NCBI GenBank assembly: GCA_038087875.1
Contig: CM075992.1
Coordinates: 9,178,001-9,242,000, forward strand
Source of the DNA: Malacoraja senta
Taxonomy: Eukaryota
DNA length: 64,000 nucleotides
Direction: 5' to 3'
A model generated the notes under the pieces. It ran no database searches, was not told where the DNA came from, and saw only the letters and a list, made by a program, of their open reading frames with translations. Positions 1-12,957 of this stretch are shown one piece after another. Made by a program: the position numbers and the translations under genes. Each line of letters opens with the position of its first letter. The first letter of the stretch is position 1.

Positions 1-2012
1 ACATACACATACGAGATGTGCAGTGAAATGAAAAGTGGCAATGCTCGCGAATTGTGCAAAAAACAAACAAACAAACTACAAACAGAATCACATATTCACA
101 TATTACATATTTGTGGGAAAAAACTGCAATTTAAAAAAAGACAACAGTAAATTGGTTCAGTAAAGTTAGTCCCTGGTGAGATAGGAGTGTACAGTCCTAA
201 TGGCCTCTGGGAAGAAACTCCTTCTCATCCTCTCCGTTTTCACAGCATGGCGACGGAGGTGTTTGCCTGACCGTAGCAGATGAAACAGTCTGTTGCTGGG
301 GTGGAAGGGGTCTCCCATGATCTTGTTGGCTCTGGATTTGCACCTTCTGATGTATAGTTCCTGCAGGGGGGCGAGTGTAGTTCCCATAGTGCGTTCGGCC
401 CAAAGCATTACTCTCTGCAGAGCCTTCTTGTCCTGGGCAAAGCAGTTCCCAAACCAAATCGTGATATTTCCGGACAAGATGCTTTCCACAGCTGCTGAGT
501 AGAAGCACTGGAGGATCCTCGGAGACACTCTGAATTTCTTCAATTGCCTGAGGTGGTAAAGGCGCTGCCTTGCCTTACTCACCAGTGCTGCAGCGTGTGA
601 TGTCCATGTCATATCCTCAGAGATGTGGACTCCCAGGTATTTAAAACAGCTCACCCTATCCACAGTATCCCCATTTATCTTCAATGGTGTGTACGTCCTC
701 GGATGTTGTGCCCTCCTAAAGTCCACGATCAGCTCCTTAGTTGTTTTTGATATTCAAGAGGAGGCTGTTGTCCTGACACCAGAGTGCCAGATCAGCCACC
801 TCCTCCCGGTAGGCCTTCTCATCATTATCGGAGATCAGGCCCACCACCACAGTGTCATCAGCAAACTTGATTATAGAGTTGGAGCTGAACCTGGCCACAA
901 AGTCATGTGTTTACAGGGAGTACAGTAGGGGGCTGAGGATGCAACCCTGGGGGGATCCTGTGCTCAGGGTGAGGGACTTTGATGTATTTCCTCCCATCTT
1001 GACTACCTGGGGCCTGGCGGTGAGAAAGTCCAGGACCCAGGCACACAGGGGGGTGTTGAGCCCCAATTCCAGCAGCTTCTCGGCAAGTCTGGTGGGGACT
1101 ATCGTGTTGAAGGCTGAACTGAAGTCTATGAACAGCATCCTCATTTAGCCCCCCTTCTGGCTGTCAAGATGAGAGAGAGCGGTGTGCAGAACCTGGGAGA
1201 CTGCATCGTCCGTGGATCTGTTCGGACGGTATGCGAATTGTAGCGGGTCCATGTTGCGAGGGAGGAAGGCGCAGATGTGTTTCTTGACCAGCCTCTCAAA
1301 GCATTTCATGACTACCGAGGTGAGGGCCACCGGACGGTAGTCATTCAGACAAGCTGGGGAGGCATTTTTAGGTACAGGTACAATGATGGATCTTTTGAAG
1401 CAGACAGGAACCACGGACGTGGCCAGGGAGAGGTTGAATATTGTAGTGAGCACCGGAGCTAGCTGCGTAGCACAGGACTTAAGTACTCGCCCCGAGATGC
1501 CATCGGGGCCTGCAGCTTTCCTCGTGTTCACCCGTGTCAGAGCCCTCCTCGCGTCGTGCTCGGACAATGAGAATGTGTGCACATTCCTCCCTTCAGCTTC
1601 GATAGCCAGCCCGCTGACGGTATTGTCGACAGTCGGCAGACCTGGGGTGATGTTGCCCGTCTCGAAACGAGCGTAGAAGGAGTTCAGGTCATCAGCTAGG
1701 GAGGTGCCGGCACTTCCGGTTGAGGGGGGGGGGGGTGCTCCGGTAGTTGGTTACAGTCCGTAGCCCCTACCACAGGCGTCTGGTGTCCTGCTGCTCCATC
1801 TGTGACTCCATCTTGTCTCTGTACCTCCTTTTTGCGTCCTTCACCGCCCTTTGCAGTCGGTAGGACTCTACCTTGTAGACGTCCATATTTCCGGATGCCA
1901 GGCCCGAGTTGTAGGCAGCGGTGCGAGCATTCAAGGCAACACGAACGGACCTGTCTACCCAGGGTTTTTGATTCGGAAAGGTGCTAACCCTTACCGTGGG
2001 GACGATGTTCCC
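1..2012 (-). mobile_element. Rex1/Babar-type LINE, 3' half of RT ORF (frameshifted and interrupted) plus 3' UTR
   Basis: Consecutive minus ORFs 1145-1582 (KAAGPDGISGRVLK...DYRPVALTSVVMKCFERLV...QFAYRPNRSTDDA), 911-1144 ([13 protein letters not shown]...[15 protein letters not shown]) and 166-726 (FKYLGVHI...ARQRLYHLRQLKKF) are non-LTR RT motifs with the Rex/Babar-type C-terminus. Confidence 0.9.
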
Positions 2013-4875
2013 ACGATGAAACCATCCCTAGACCACAGATCAAGGCATGATCAAGAACATCCACCTGTATTTTCTATTGAAATGTAACTTTCTTACATGA
2101 TCACATCCCACAAGGAAGCTCTGGGTGTACATCATTTGTGTTAATATTTAGTGAGGTGTAAAATTCCATTTCCCCTCGCAATGATGATCACTTCTTTAAA
2201 GTCACTTTCCCCAACTCCTCAGAAGAAAAAATCATACAGGGTTACTAAGCATCTCTGCATATGTCCAGTGCTCTCATGTCAAGCACCACTGTCATCCACA
2301 GAGTCAGTCAGGCTACACATTCCAGCTCCAGTCCAACAGGGAATCCAAGCTGATGCCACAGTGCATTCCCAACGGAGTGTAACAACAACCCGGTGTGGTG
2401 GAATGCTGTGAGAGGGGGTGAAGAACAAAGGGGAATTGACACAAAATGCTGGAGTAACTCAGCGGGACACGTATCTGCAGTTCCTTCCTACACAAGTACA
2501 AAGGGGGGCCCGGCATGAAGGGACCACTGTGAAGGGGGGGGGTGAAGAACAGAGGGGGACCCGGCGTGGGAAGACCGCCGTGAGGGGTGGGGAACAAGGG
2601 TGGACCTGGCGCAGGATACTTTGTTGGCGCCCTTTATGTGGCGACTATTTGCATACCTTGGGTGTGTAAGCAAAGAATTTCACTGTGACTTGTAACATGT
2701 GACCATAAAGTATTCAATTCAATTCAATATTCAATTCAACATCTCATCTTCTTTCTGCTGTTCTTTCGTTATTATTCATGCATTAACAAAGAATAGTCCT
2801 AATCTTTTACCCAACATTGATCCCTTAATCGGAAGATCCATAAAAGATTAACTGGTCATTAATCTCATTGCCCCGTGCAAAGATTTTCTCTGCACAAACG
2901 GTCTTATATAATGAATATCTTCTTTAAAAAAAAATCACATTATGTGCTTTGGAGTATTGAATATGTAAGAGGTGCCAGATGTAAAAGGTAAGTTTTGTCT
3001 TCTCCAAGCAAAAAAGTCCTTCAAATAACAGAAAATAAATGTGGTAAATGAACTATGGCCGATATGAGATTTATTTTAACATGAAAACAGACCAAATTGT
3101 CCTGCAGCTAACCTCATAAAAGTTCAGGTTTAAGGAATACCACTTTTCATCTAGCAGGTTATTGTCCTGAAACTAACTAATTCTCCACTGATGCTGCCTG
3201 ACCTTCTGACAATTTCTGCTTTAATTTTGGATTTCTATACCACCATCGGTATTTTGCTTTTGGGACTTTTGTGAATAGATAACTACTTGGTGGGCAAGTA
3301 TTTGTAAAGATGTGATACTAATTTCAAAGATGGAAGGCGAGGCTTCTTCCTATTACGTAGCATTGTAAGCAACATATTGGTTATACTTTGATTAAAGCAA
3401 GCGACATTCATTCCATTGTTTCCATTCAATAGATTGTATATTTGGACCGAGACAGCAGGCAAGTGAGACTGGAAATGACCTCAAGTGCGTCACTCCTGAA
3501 GCATTCTCATACCCTCTCCAGCATCAGGAGGAAATCCTAATCCCAGCCGAGGAGACCCTGCATCTACCTCAGGAGACGTGACTTCAGACACGGGGATGCG
3601 GGGATGGATTTACCAAAGAGGAAGCTGACAACGAAAGCCTCATTCCATCAGTAGCACCAACCAACCCCATTCAAATGCATCACCTTCACTAACACGCTTC
3701 TGTTTTATTCTAATTGATGATTTGTGAACAAATCTGTCAGAATTACTTATGGCATTTTCAATCCTTGAAACATAAATAATCCTTGATGTATTTGCAGAGC
3801 TAGAAGAACCCAAATAAATAATTAAATGTGCAGACACAAAAATGACAGTAACCATTATACACATATCGTTTGGCCGACCGACTTGCAAATACAATAAGCT
3901 GTGAAGGACAAGAGCAAGTCAACAACCTGCCCTGTTATTTATGAAGCAAAACAAGCAAGGCACTTCACAGGAGGATTATTAGGCTAATGTACTCTCTAAA
4001 ACTTCTCTTTTTCAGTATTGAAACCTTGCCAGACTAGAATACAACCATGTTTGTATTATTACTTTCCTGCCTGTCAGGTTATTCCAGATAGTTACACCTT
4101 TTATTGCCTGTAAAGCTGCAGCAAGTAAGAATTCCATTGTTCAGGTTCATACCCATTGCACATGACAAATAAACTCGACTCTTTTGTATAAAGCTGTTCT
4201 TTCACTCAGATATTGCATTCAATATTCTGACTTATTTAAAAGTAATACTTGTCTTAACCTCATTAATCTTTGAATATTTTATAAGCTTCAGTAACATTAC
4301 CACTTTGAAAGCCTTCCCTCCATTTTACAAATTAGCATTAATTTATGGTCTCAGTTCATCCTCAGTATCACCGGGTACTGCCGTTGTTTTCTGCATCTAT
4401 ACTTAACACTTAAAAATATAAATGACTGCTAAATTCTGCTTAATTTATACATTTTGATTCTAAAATCAGAACCGTTTTCATGTATGTTGTGGCAGATATT
4501 GTTGGCGAACTTCAATGCAATTCCACCAGTTGTCTACATACCCTCAATATTTTGTAAAGAAAATAAACATTTATGTAATTATCGAGTCCCGAGCAGTCGT
4601 GCTTTGATTTTAACCATTTTAACCATGTTCTTCTAATTGCAGCAAGGCTGCACCCTCTAAACATGTACCAGCCCATCTGATACCACAGATGAAGGGTTGT
4701 CCATTGATCCAAGCATTGGTGGGTGACCATGAAAGGTTGGGACTGCAGATGTTTAATTGACTAATTGTTTAACACTCATGGTAAGGCATGTGAAAAGGTA
4801 CACAAATAACACGTCTCTGTTAGAAATTGAATCACAAAACACTTGTGCGACAGCTTCAAATTGCCTGTCCCAAGA

Positions 4876-5150
4876 GGGCGGCACAATGGTGCAGCTGGTA
4901 AAGCTGCTGCCTCTCAGCACCGTAGACGCTGGTTCGATCCTGACCTCGGATGTTGTCTGTGTGTGAGATGTTTGCACATTCTCTCTGCCACCCTGGTGCT
5001 CTGGTTTCATCCCACATCCCAAAGTTTGTATGATAGTTGGCCCCTCTGTAAATTGCTCCTGGTGTGCAAGGAGTGGATGAGAAAATGGGATAACATAGAA
5101 CTAGTGTGAATGGGTGATCGAAGGTCAGTGTGGACTCAAGTGCCTGTTTC
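4876..5150 (+). mobile_element. tRNA-derived HE1/V-SINE-like element
   Basis: Head GGGCGGCACAATGGTGCAGCTGGTAAAGCTGCTGCC...GGTTCGATCC (A/B boxes); body shared with many copies in the window. Confidence 0.75.
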
Positions 5151-5431
5151 GAAAGAGCCAGCTTGCAATGGATCCCTAATATGCCAACCACCAACAAATG
5201 TCTAAGTGCTATTGCTCAGCATGCGAGAGTTGGTTGAATCTGATGCCTTTTAGCACATGCACAAGGCTGATCATATTACGGCTACCCTGGGCTTCAAGAT
5301 TTGGCACATGATTTGGTAAGTGTACTAATTACTTTAATTATGCAGATGTTACCCTGAATGGGTCTATTTGGGGATAGCAGGTTTGCGAGGGCATTAAAAG
5401 GATACTATAATTGACTACAATAACCGTGGGC

Positions 5432-5692
5432 TAGGTGAGTACAGCGGTAGAGTTGCTGCCTTTCAGCGCCATAGATCCGGGTTCGATCCTGACCACAGGT
5501 GCTGTCTGTACAGAGTTTTGTACGTTCTCCCTCTGGCTGCGTGGGTTTTCCCCGGGATCTCCGGTTTCCTCCCACACTCCAAAGATGCACAGGTTTGTAG
5601 GTTAATTGGCGTCGGTAAAGTTGTAAATTATCCCCAGTGTGTAGGATAGTGCAAGTGTACGAGAATCTCTGGTCAGTGGGACTTGGTGGGCT
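5432..5692 (+). mobile_element. HE1/V-SINE-like element
   Basis: CAGCGGTAGAGTTGCTGCC...GGGTTCGATCCTGAC...CCGGTTTCCTCCCACACTCCAAAGA core. Confidence 0.75.
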
Positions 5693-5784
5693 GATGTGAC
5701 ATGTTTGAAGTAGTAGAGGAGCCTACACTCATTCCATCACTCGAATATAAACAAACCTTCTATAGAAGGAATGACTGTGGTTGA

Positions 5785-5914
5785 GGTGGGAGATTGCAAC
5801 CTTCACGTGGTCCGCATTGTTTCGACTAATGCAATCAACTCGACGTGCACAAACGGAAGATCAAATAGAACAAGTTGTCCAACAACTTTAGGCTGTGCAC
5901 GCCACACGAAAGAA
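5785..5914 (+). mobile_element. Short 5'-truncated retroposon insertion with 12-bp TSD
   Basis: GACTGTGGTTGA at 5773-5784 and 5915-5926 flanks a 130-bp insert ending in an AAGAA-type tail. Confidence 0.55.
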
Positions 5915-6954
5915 GACTGTGGTTGACAGATAAAAGCACCATGGAATACACCAGATTTGCTCCTTTTATTGCATTAGATTTACAATTTCCAATTTCTGAA
6001 ATAAGACATGTCGTAAGCTGACTCCTTGGAAACCAAGGTATGTTAAGGCGTGACAATGACGCGGGTGCTACAGCCACAGCCTTCCAATGTAATCAACAAG
6101 GCAGGCTCGACTGACTAAAACCACCATCTCGCCTCCTTCAAAGGTTTCATTACTTCATACCGAGATTTATTTCCTTTTCATTTAGCAGCTGGGAAATAAT
6201 AGTTCCAGAACAATGATCCCTATTGACACTAATCAGTGGAGTTTAGATTATAGTTGGTAACTTTTAGGTAACGTGCTCCATTTAACCTGCAAGGTAAAAC
6301 ACAAATTACTGGAAGGACTCAGTGGGTCAGGCAGCATCTGTGGTCGGAACAGACAGACGACATTTCGGGTCCGGATCTTTCTTCAGACTCTAGACCCGAA
6401 ACACTGTCTGTCCATTCCCTACACAGATGCTGCCTGACCCCACGAGTTCCTTCAGCACTTTGTGTTTTGTTCAAGATTCCAGCCTCTGCAGTTCCTCGTG
6501 TCTCTGACCTGCTAGATAACTTTAGCTTCCTTTTCTGTTTCAAGCACACATTTTCAGCTGTGCAAACTTGTCAGGCTTTTGGAACCATCAAATATGAATA
6601 TATAACAAGAGAACAAGAGGCCACGATATTTTGCAGGGAATCAGTGGGTCAAGCAGGATTCGCAACTGTAGTGGACCATCCCTCTGTCTCCTAAGATGCT
6701 GCTTGGCCCCACTGAGTTAATGCAGCACTTTTTATTGCTCCAGATTTAGGCATGTGCGATGACTTGCGTTAACATTTTGCAGGAGTGCTCGAGGCAGTGA
6801 GAATGACATGCCTGACAATATGCCCCGAGCTCCAAAGCCAAACGTTTTGATTCTTCTCCCCACAGTCCCTGAATTGAATTAAAGTGAAACCTTGCTGAGG
6901 CTAGTGTCAAGCACACACTTCAAGTGTCTTGCTGTGCGTGTCTGAGGCTGAATG

Positions 6955-7060
6955 CTAGGAGGTCAGGCGGCACACTGGGCTGTCGTACACCATCTGCAAG
7001 TTCACCTTGTGCCCCACAAGCTCACGGATGTTGTTGATTCCGTACTTGATCATGGTTGGT
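6955..7060 (-). CDS. FARSA: Phenylalanine-tRNA ligase alpha subunit, terminal coding exon only
   Basis: Translates (R)[34 protein letters not shown], matching the vertebrate FARSA C-terminus; preceded on minus by a pyrimidine tract and acceptor (TTTTATTTCCTCCTAG, AG at 7062-7061). Confidence 0.9.
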
Positions 7061-7149
7061 CTAGGAGGAAATAAAACAAAGATTTTGCATCTTACATTCA
7101 TAGTTGGCAAACAAAATGATCTAATCAAACAAACAGTAGATTTCGTGTT

Positions 7150-8262
7150 AAAGAAGGAACTGCAGATGCTGGAAAATCGAAGGTAGACAAAAATGCTGGA
7201 GAAACTCAGCGGGTGCAGCAGCATCTATGGAGCGAAGGAAATAGGCAACGTTTCGGGCCGAAACCGTTCTTCAGGCTGATAGGGGGTGGGGAGAAGAAAG
7301 GAAAAAAGGCGGAGGAGGAGCCCGAGGGCTGGGGGAGGGGAGGAGACAACCAGAGGGCTGATGAAGGGGAGGGGACAGCAAGGGCTAGCAGAATTGGAGA
7401 ATTCAATGTTCAAGCCCCCAGGATGTAGACTGCCCAAGCGCAATATGAGGTGCATTTCCTCCAATTTCCGGTGTTGCTCGCTGTGGCCATGGAGGAGACC
7501 CAGTACAGAGAGGTCAGATACGGAATGGGAGGGGGAGTTGAAGTGCTGAGCCACAGGGAGGTCAGGTTGGTTATTGCGGACCGACCGGAGGTGTTCGGCG
7601 AAACAATCGCCAAGCCTCCGCTTGGTCTCACCGATGTAGATCAGCTGGCATCTAGAGCAGCGGATGCAATAGATGAGGTTGGAGGAGATGCAGGTGAACC
7701 TCTGTCGCACCTGGAACGACTGCTTAGGTCCTTGAATGGAGTCGAGGGGGGAGGTGAAGGGACAAGTGTTGCATCTCTTGCAGTTGCAAGGGAAAGTACC
7801 CGGGGAGGGGGTGGTACGGGAGGGAAGGGAAGAATTGACAAGGGAGTTACGGAGGGAGCGGTCTTTGCGGAAGGCAGACATGGGGGAGATGGGAAGATGT
7901 GGCGAGTGGTGGGGTCACGTTGGAGGTGGCGAAACTGACGGAGGATCACTTCTTGTATGTGACGGCTGGTGGGGTGAAAGGTGAGGACTAGGGGGACTCT
8001 GCCCTTGTTGTGAATGGGGGGATGGGGAGAGAGAGCAGTGTTGCGGGGTATGGCAGAGACCCTGGTGCGAGCCTCATCTATGGTGGAGGAGGGGAACCCC
8101 CGTTCCCTGAAGAATGAGGACATTTCGGATGCCCTGGTGTGGAACACCTCATCCTGGGAGCAGATGCGGCGTAGACGGAGGAATTGGGAGTGGGGGATGG
8201 AGTCCTTACAGGAAGCAGGGTGGGAAGAAGTGTAGTCCAGATAGCCATGGGAGTCGGTAGGT
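7150..8262 (-). mobile_element. Penelope-like element, 3' part (end of RT region, GIY-YIG endonuclease, terminal repeat)
   Basis: ORFs 7641-8147 and 7225-7881 contain CxxCxxC and NLIYCIRCSRCQLIYIGETKRRLGDCFAEHLR...VAQHFN (GIY-YIG); the terminal repeat recurs throughout the window. Confidence 0.9.
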
Positions 8263-8736
8263 TTAAACCAACATGGTTTAGTTCAAACACAAAAAGCTGG
8301 AGTAACTCAGCGGGTCAGACAGCATCTCTGGAGAAAATAGTTGACGTTTCGGGTCGAGACCCTTCTTCACCCAAACGCCACCTATTCCTTTTCTCCAGAG
8401 ATGCTGTGTGATCTGCTGAGTTACTCCAGCTTTTTGTGTCTATCTTCAGTTTAAACCAGCATCTGTAGTTCCTTCCTACAACATGGCTTAAACATGGTCA
8501 TGGGATTGATGTTTTAAAGGCTAATGTTAATGAGCATTACATATAAGTCTTTAGGGTAGAATAAAAAAATGTTGAACACTTAATTGAGGACTGGTGACAA
8601 TTGCACCAGTGAAATCCTAAACATGAATACCATGGAGTTAACTTGCAGATTCCAAGCCAGAGATTGCTCAGCTTTAGAGATACAGCGTGGAAACAGGCCC
8701 TTTGACCCACCGAGTCCGCACTGACCACTGATCACC

Positions 8737-8936
8737 NNNNNNNNNNNNNNNNNNNNNNNNNNNNNNNNNNNNNNNNNNNNNNNNNNNNNNNNNNNNNNNN
8801 NNNNNNNNNNNNNNNNNNNNNNNNNNNNNNNNNNNNNNNNNNNNNNNNNNNNNNNNNNNNNNNNNNNNNNNNNNNNNNNNNNNNNNNNNNNNNNNNNNNN
8901 NNNNNNNNNNNNNNNNNNNNNNNNNNNNNNNNNNNN
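8737..8936. other. Assembly gap (200 N)
   Basis: Run of exactly 200 N. Confidence 1.
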
Positions 8937-9866
8937 GAGGAAATTGCATTAATCCTTCCTCCTCCTCCAACCCCCAAATCCCTTCAACATGAATTACTTT
9001 TGTTTGGAATTAAATTTGAAGATGTTCTTGTTAACCCAGATTGATTCACTATTGGAATGTGGAAGGGCAGGTTTTTTTCCTGGGTGTGGATGCAGCTGCC
9101 AGATCCATTCTATTGGCACAAGGAACTGCAGATACTGGTTCACAAAACCCCCCCACATGAAATGCTGAAGTAACTCAGCAGGTCAGGCCACATTTCTGGA
9201 GAACGTGAATAGGTGACATTTCAGTTCAGGGCTCCTCTTCAGTCTGAAGATGGGTCCTGACCTGAAACGTCACCATGATCATTATATGTTGTCTATCAAT
9301 AACTGTCCTTGATGATAGTGGCGAGCAACCTTCTTAAAATGCTTCCGTCTATCTGGTGAAGGTGCAGCCACAATGCTGTTGTGCAAGAAGCTCTGGAATT
9401 TACCTCAGTTCCCATCCTTTACAAAGTTGTTAAGTCACTCTTGTTAAATGACTGTCTCAAAATGTTAGACAGACCAAGACTGCCCTGTGGAATAATGGTA
9501 GTTTTTGACTTGGAGATTGCGAAACATGACACGGGGTGTTTTGTTATAGACGCCCCCAGCTGATCAAAGTGACCTGCACACAGAATGCTTATGAATAGAC
9601 TGCCTTACCAACAAGACTCCTACCTTCTAGAGATTTGAGAATCTTGGCTCAATAACAATTTATTATAAGGTAAAGAAAACCTTAAGAATCTGAAGAAGGG
9701 TCTCGGCCCGAAACGTCAGCCATTCCTTCTCTCCAGAGATGCTGCCTGTCCCGCTGAGTTACTCCAGCTTTTTGTGTCTGTCTTCAAAGAAAACCTTTCT
9801 CTGCGGTTATTCACAAACCAATTAAGTTTATTCTTGCCAACCTGCTGTAAAGTCTTTCTGCCCTAA

Positions 9867-10172
9867 AGGGGCTGTCCCACTGTACGAGGTAATTCAAGAG
9901 TTCTCCCGAGAGTCCCCTGATTCGAACTCGGAGAATTACGGTAATAGCCGTTCGTAGGTACTCGGGGCTCTCGTGGACATTTTTCACAATGCTGAAAAAA
10001 CTTCACGAGTTACCGCGTTTCCCGAGTACCTGCCGTTAGCATTACGAGCCGCTACGAGACATCCACGAGCTCCGACGTAGCCGCTACGTACATTCTACGT
10101 AATTACCACGAGTTTGATTTTTTTTAAACTCGGGAGAGCTCTTGAATTACCTCGTACAGTGGGACAGGCCCT
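9867..10172. mobile_element. PIF/Harbinger-like MITE, copy 1
   Basis: Long TIRs AGGGGCTGTCCCACTGTACGAGGTAATTCAAGAG / CTCTTGAATTACCTCGTACAGTGGGACAGGCCCT with TAA on both sides. Confidence 0.8.
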
Positions 10173-10605
10173 TAAGACTTCCCTGCAAACTACTTCTTCC
10201 AACAAGCCACGCTGACCCGTTTGTTCTTAAACCTTTTTCCTTCTGTGTAAAAATGCTTGCCTCCAACAGCCACTCCCATCCTTGGATTAAGTGTGCTCTA
10301 AACTGACTGAATGTATAAAACTGCCCTGCAGCATGTTGAAGCTTGAGCTCCTGTTCAAGAAAAATGCTGACATCTTCCTTCCAACACGTTGATTGTAAAG
10401 TTAGCATTGTTTTCAGAGCAACAAAAATACAAGCCGAATAAATATAGTGATAAAATGCGGATTGACTTGTGACTTTGAAGAAAATGTTCTTTTGTAAATC
10501 CTGCGCACATAATAGATTTGGGCACAATTTTAAAGATTTATGAATAATAAAGATTTATTTCGTAAAAATGTTGTGTTCACTGAGCTACAATGGTCTAATG
10601 TTTAA

Positions 10606-10935
10606 AAGCCCTGTCCCACGGTACGAGTTCATTCCAAGAGCTCTCCCGAGTTTGCCCTGATTCGAACTGGGAGATTTACGGTAATGGCCACTCGTCGGTA
10701 CTCGGGGCTCTCGTGGACATTTTTCAAAATGTTCAAAACTCTTCACTAGTCTTCCCGTGCTTACCTGCCGTTAGCGAGTCTTCCCGAGTACCTGCCGTTA
10801 GCGTTACGAGCCGCTCAGAGACGTCCCCGAGCTCTGACGTACCCGCTACGTTCATTCTCCGTGCTTACCACGAGCTTGATTTTTTTTAAACTCGGGAGAG
10901 CTCTTGGAATGAACTCGTACCGTGGGACAGGGCTT
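10606..10935. mobile_element. PIF/Harbinger-like MITE, copy 2 (different subfamily)
   Basis: TIRs AAGCCCTGTCCCACGGTACGAGTTCATTCCAAGAG and its complement; flanks TAA/TTA; interior homologous to copy 1. Confidence 0.8.
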
Positions 10936-10968
10936 TTAGAAGGAACTGCAGATGCTGGAAAGATTGAA

Positions 10969-11135
10969 GGTAGATAAAAATGCTGGAGAAACTCAGCGGG
11001 TGAGGCAGCAATCTATGGAGCGAAGGAATAGGTGACATTTCGGGTCGAGACGGTCTCGACCCGAAACGTCACCTATTCCTTCGCTCCATAGATTGCTGCC
11101 TCACCCGCTGAGTTTCTCCAGCATTTTTATCTACC
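10969..11135. repeat. Near-perfect inverted repeat of Penelope terminal-repeat sequence
   Basis: Two ~82-nt arms centred on GAGACGGTCTC; related fold-backs at about 8285-8440, 17960-18140 and 33075-33215. Confidence 0.85.
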
Positions 11136-12231
11136 CACAATGGTCTAATGAATGTTTTCATCCACCATGCCTTCCATGCTCTTTCTCCTATTAATTTGTC
11201 AATTTATTAATCATCATTTTTGCCCTGAAATTAATATATTGCACTACATAACCTTGAATTCAAAAACTCGGTGTGGGACCTATCCCCATGGAAGCAGGAG
11301 ACCTGCCTACTGCCAGGACACCTACCTACTGCCAGGACACCTGCCTACTGCCAGGACAGCTGCCTACTGCTAGGACAGGTCAGAGATCCATGTGGACAGT
11401 AAGATCAGGGTCCAAATTGCTTCTCTGAGCTGCCTGCATTTGGAGAGCATGGATAACAGAAATTAGGAAACTTGGATCAACAGGAGAATCTGGGGAGCTT
11501 TTCCTTGAATCAGGAAGATGAGAAGGGATCTACATTGATAGGACAGGTTTGGAGGGATATGGACCAAATGCAGGCAGGTGGGACTGGTGTAGCTGGGACA
11601 TGTTGGCCAGTGGGCAAGTTGGGCCAAAGGGCCTGTTCCCACAGTGTATCACTCTATGAATCTGATATGTATTTAAGCTATCGGACATTTGTCCCATTGG
11701 TGGAAGGATCAACAATCAGAATGATCAAAATGAAGGTGGTTGCTGTAAAAAGTGACATGATGAAAGCTCTCTATGCAGCAACTAGTTAGAATCCAGAATA
11801 CACCGCTCCATGTGGTAGAGAAAGCAGATTTAATTGTCATTAAGGATATCATTAAGCTGGAAGGAGTGCAGAGTAGATTTATGAGGATATTGCCGGGACG
11901 AGGGTCTAAGCTATAGGGAAAGGTTGGGCAAGCTGGGGTTAATTCTTCGGAGCGCAGGAGGCCAAGGAGGTGATTTTTATGGTGGCGTATAAAATCATGA
12001 GGGAATAGACAGGGTGAATGCACCGGGGGTGGGGGCGGGGGTGCAGGGCGTTAGGAAGAGTGTAAGTGGCATCAATTTGCCAGCATGAATTTGATAAATC
12101 AAATGACCTTTTTCCGAGCTGTAATTTTTCAATGATTCTGTTTGGGGATTGCTGTCATGGATAAAGCTGACAAGAGAACTGAACTCCATGGCATTCAACC
12201 AGGAAAATCGTGATACAAGGTACAAACAGCA

Positions 12232-12758
12232 TTAGAAACATAGACAATAGGTGCAGGAGGAGGCCATTCGGCCCTTCGAGCCAGCACCACCATTCATTGT
12301 GATCATGGCTGATCATCCCCAATCAATAACCCGTGCCTGCCTTCTCCCCATATCCCTTGATTCCACTAGCCCCCAGAGCTCTATCTAACTCTCTTAAATC
12401 CATCCAGTGATTTGGCCTCCACTGCCCTCTGTGGCAGGGAATTACACAAATTCACAACTCTCTGGGTGAAAACGTTTTTTCTCACCTCAGTCTTAAATGG
12501 CCTCCCCTTTATTCTAAGACTGTGGCCCCTGGTTCTGGACTCGCCCAACATTGGGAACATTTTTCCTGCATCTAACTTGTCCAGTCCTTTTTATAATTGT
12601 ATATGTTTCTATAAGATCTCCCCTCATCCTTCTAAACTCCAGTGAATACAAGCCTAGTCTTTTCAATCTTTCCTCATATGACAGTCCCGCCATCCCAGGG
12701 ATCAATCTTGTGAACCTACGCTACACTGCCTCAATCACAAGGATGTCCTTCCTCAAAT
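12232..12758 (-). mobile_element. CR1/HER1-type LINE 3' fragment
   Basis: ORF 12514-12705 (IPGMAGLSYEERLKRLGLYSLEFRRMRGDLIETY) and the family 3' UTR. Confidence 0.85.
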
Positions 12759-12957
12759 TACACTGTAAAGCACTACCACAGACTTATGCAAAAGTTTACC
12801 TGTTAAACAAATAGCACATGTGAAAGGGGAACATTCTGCAGTTAAGGTTGATTCTGATTTTCTGAACATGACACTTCCCACTTTAACTATTTTGCACTGT
12901 AAATATTGGTCGGATTTGTGTAATAGTTTACACTTTTTGCAGGAACGAGGAGGATAT

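Noticed and set aside
166..726. ORF that can resemble the N-terminus of a host enzyme (ALKBH8-like/DUF1891)
   Set aside because: It is contiguous with LINE RT motifs and is the normal Rex/Babar C-terminus
8674..8977. ORFs spanning the N run
   Set aside because: Artefacts of the assembly gap
11300..11377. Four 19-bp direct repeats (ACCTGCCTACTGCCAGGAC)
   Set aside because: Head-to-tail minisatellite without spacers; not CRISPR-like
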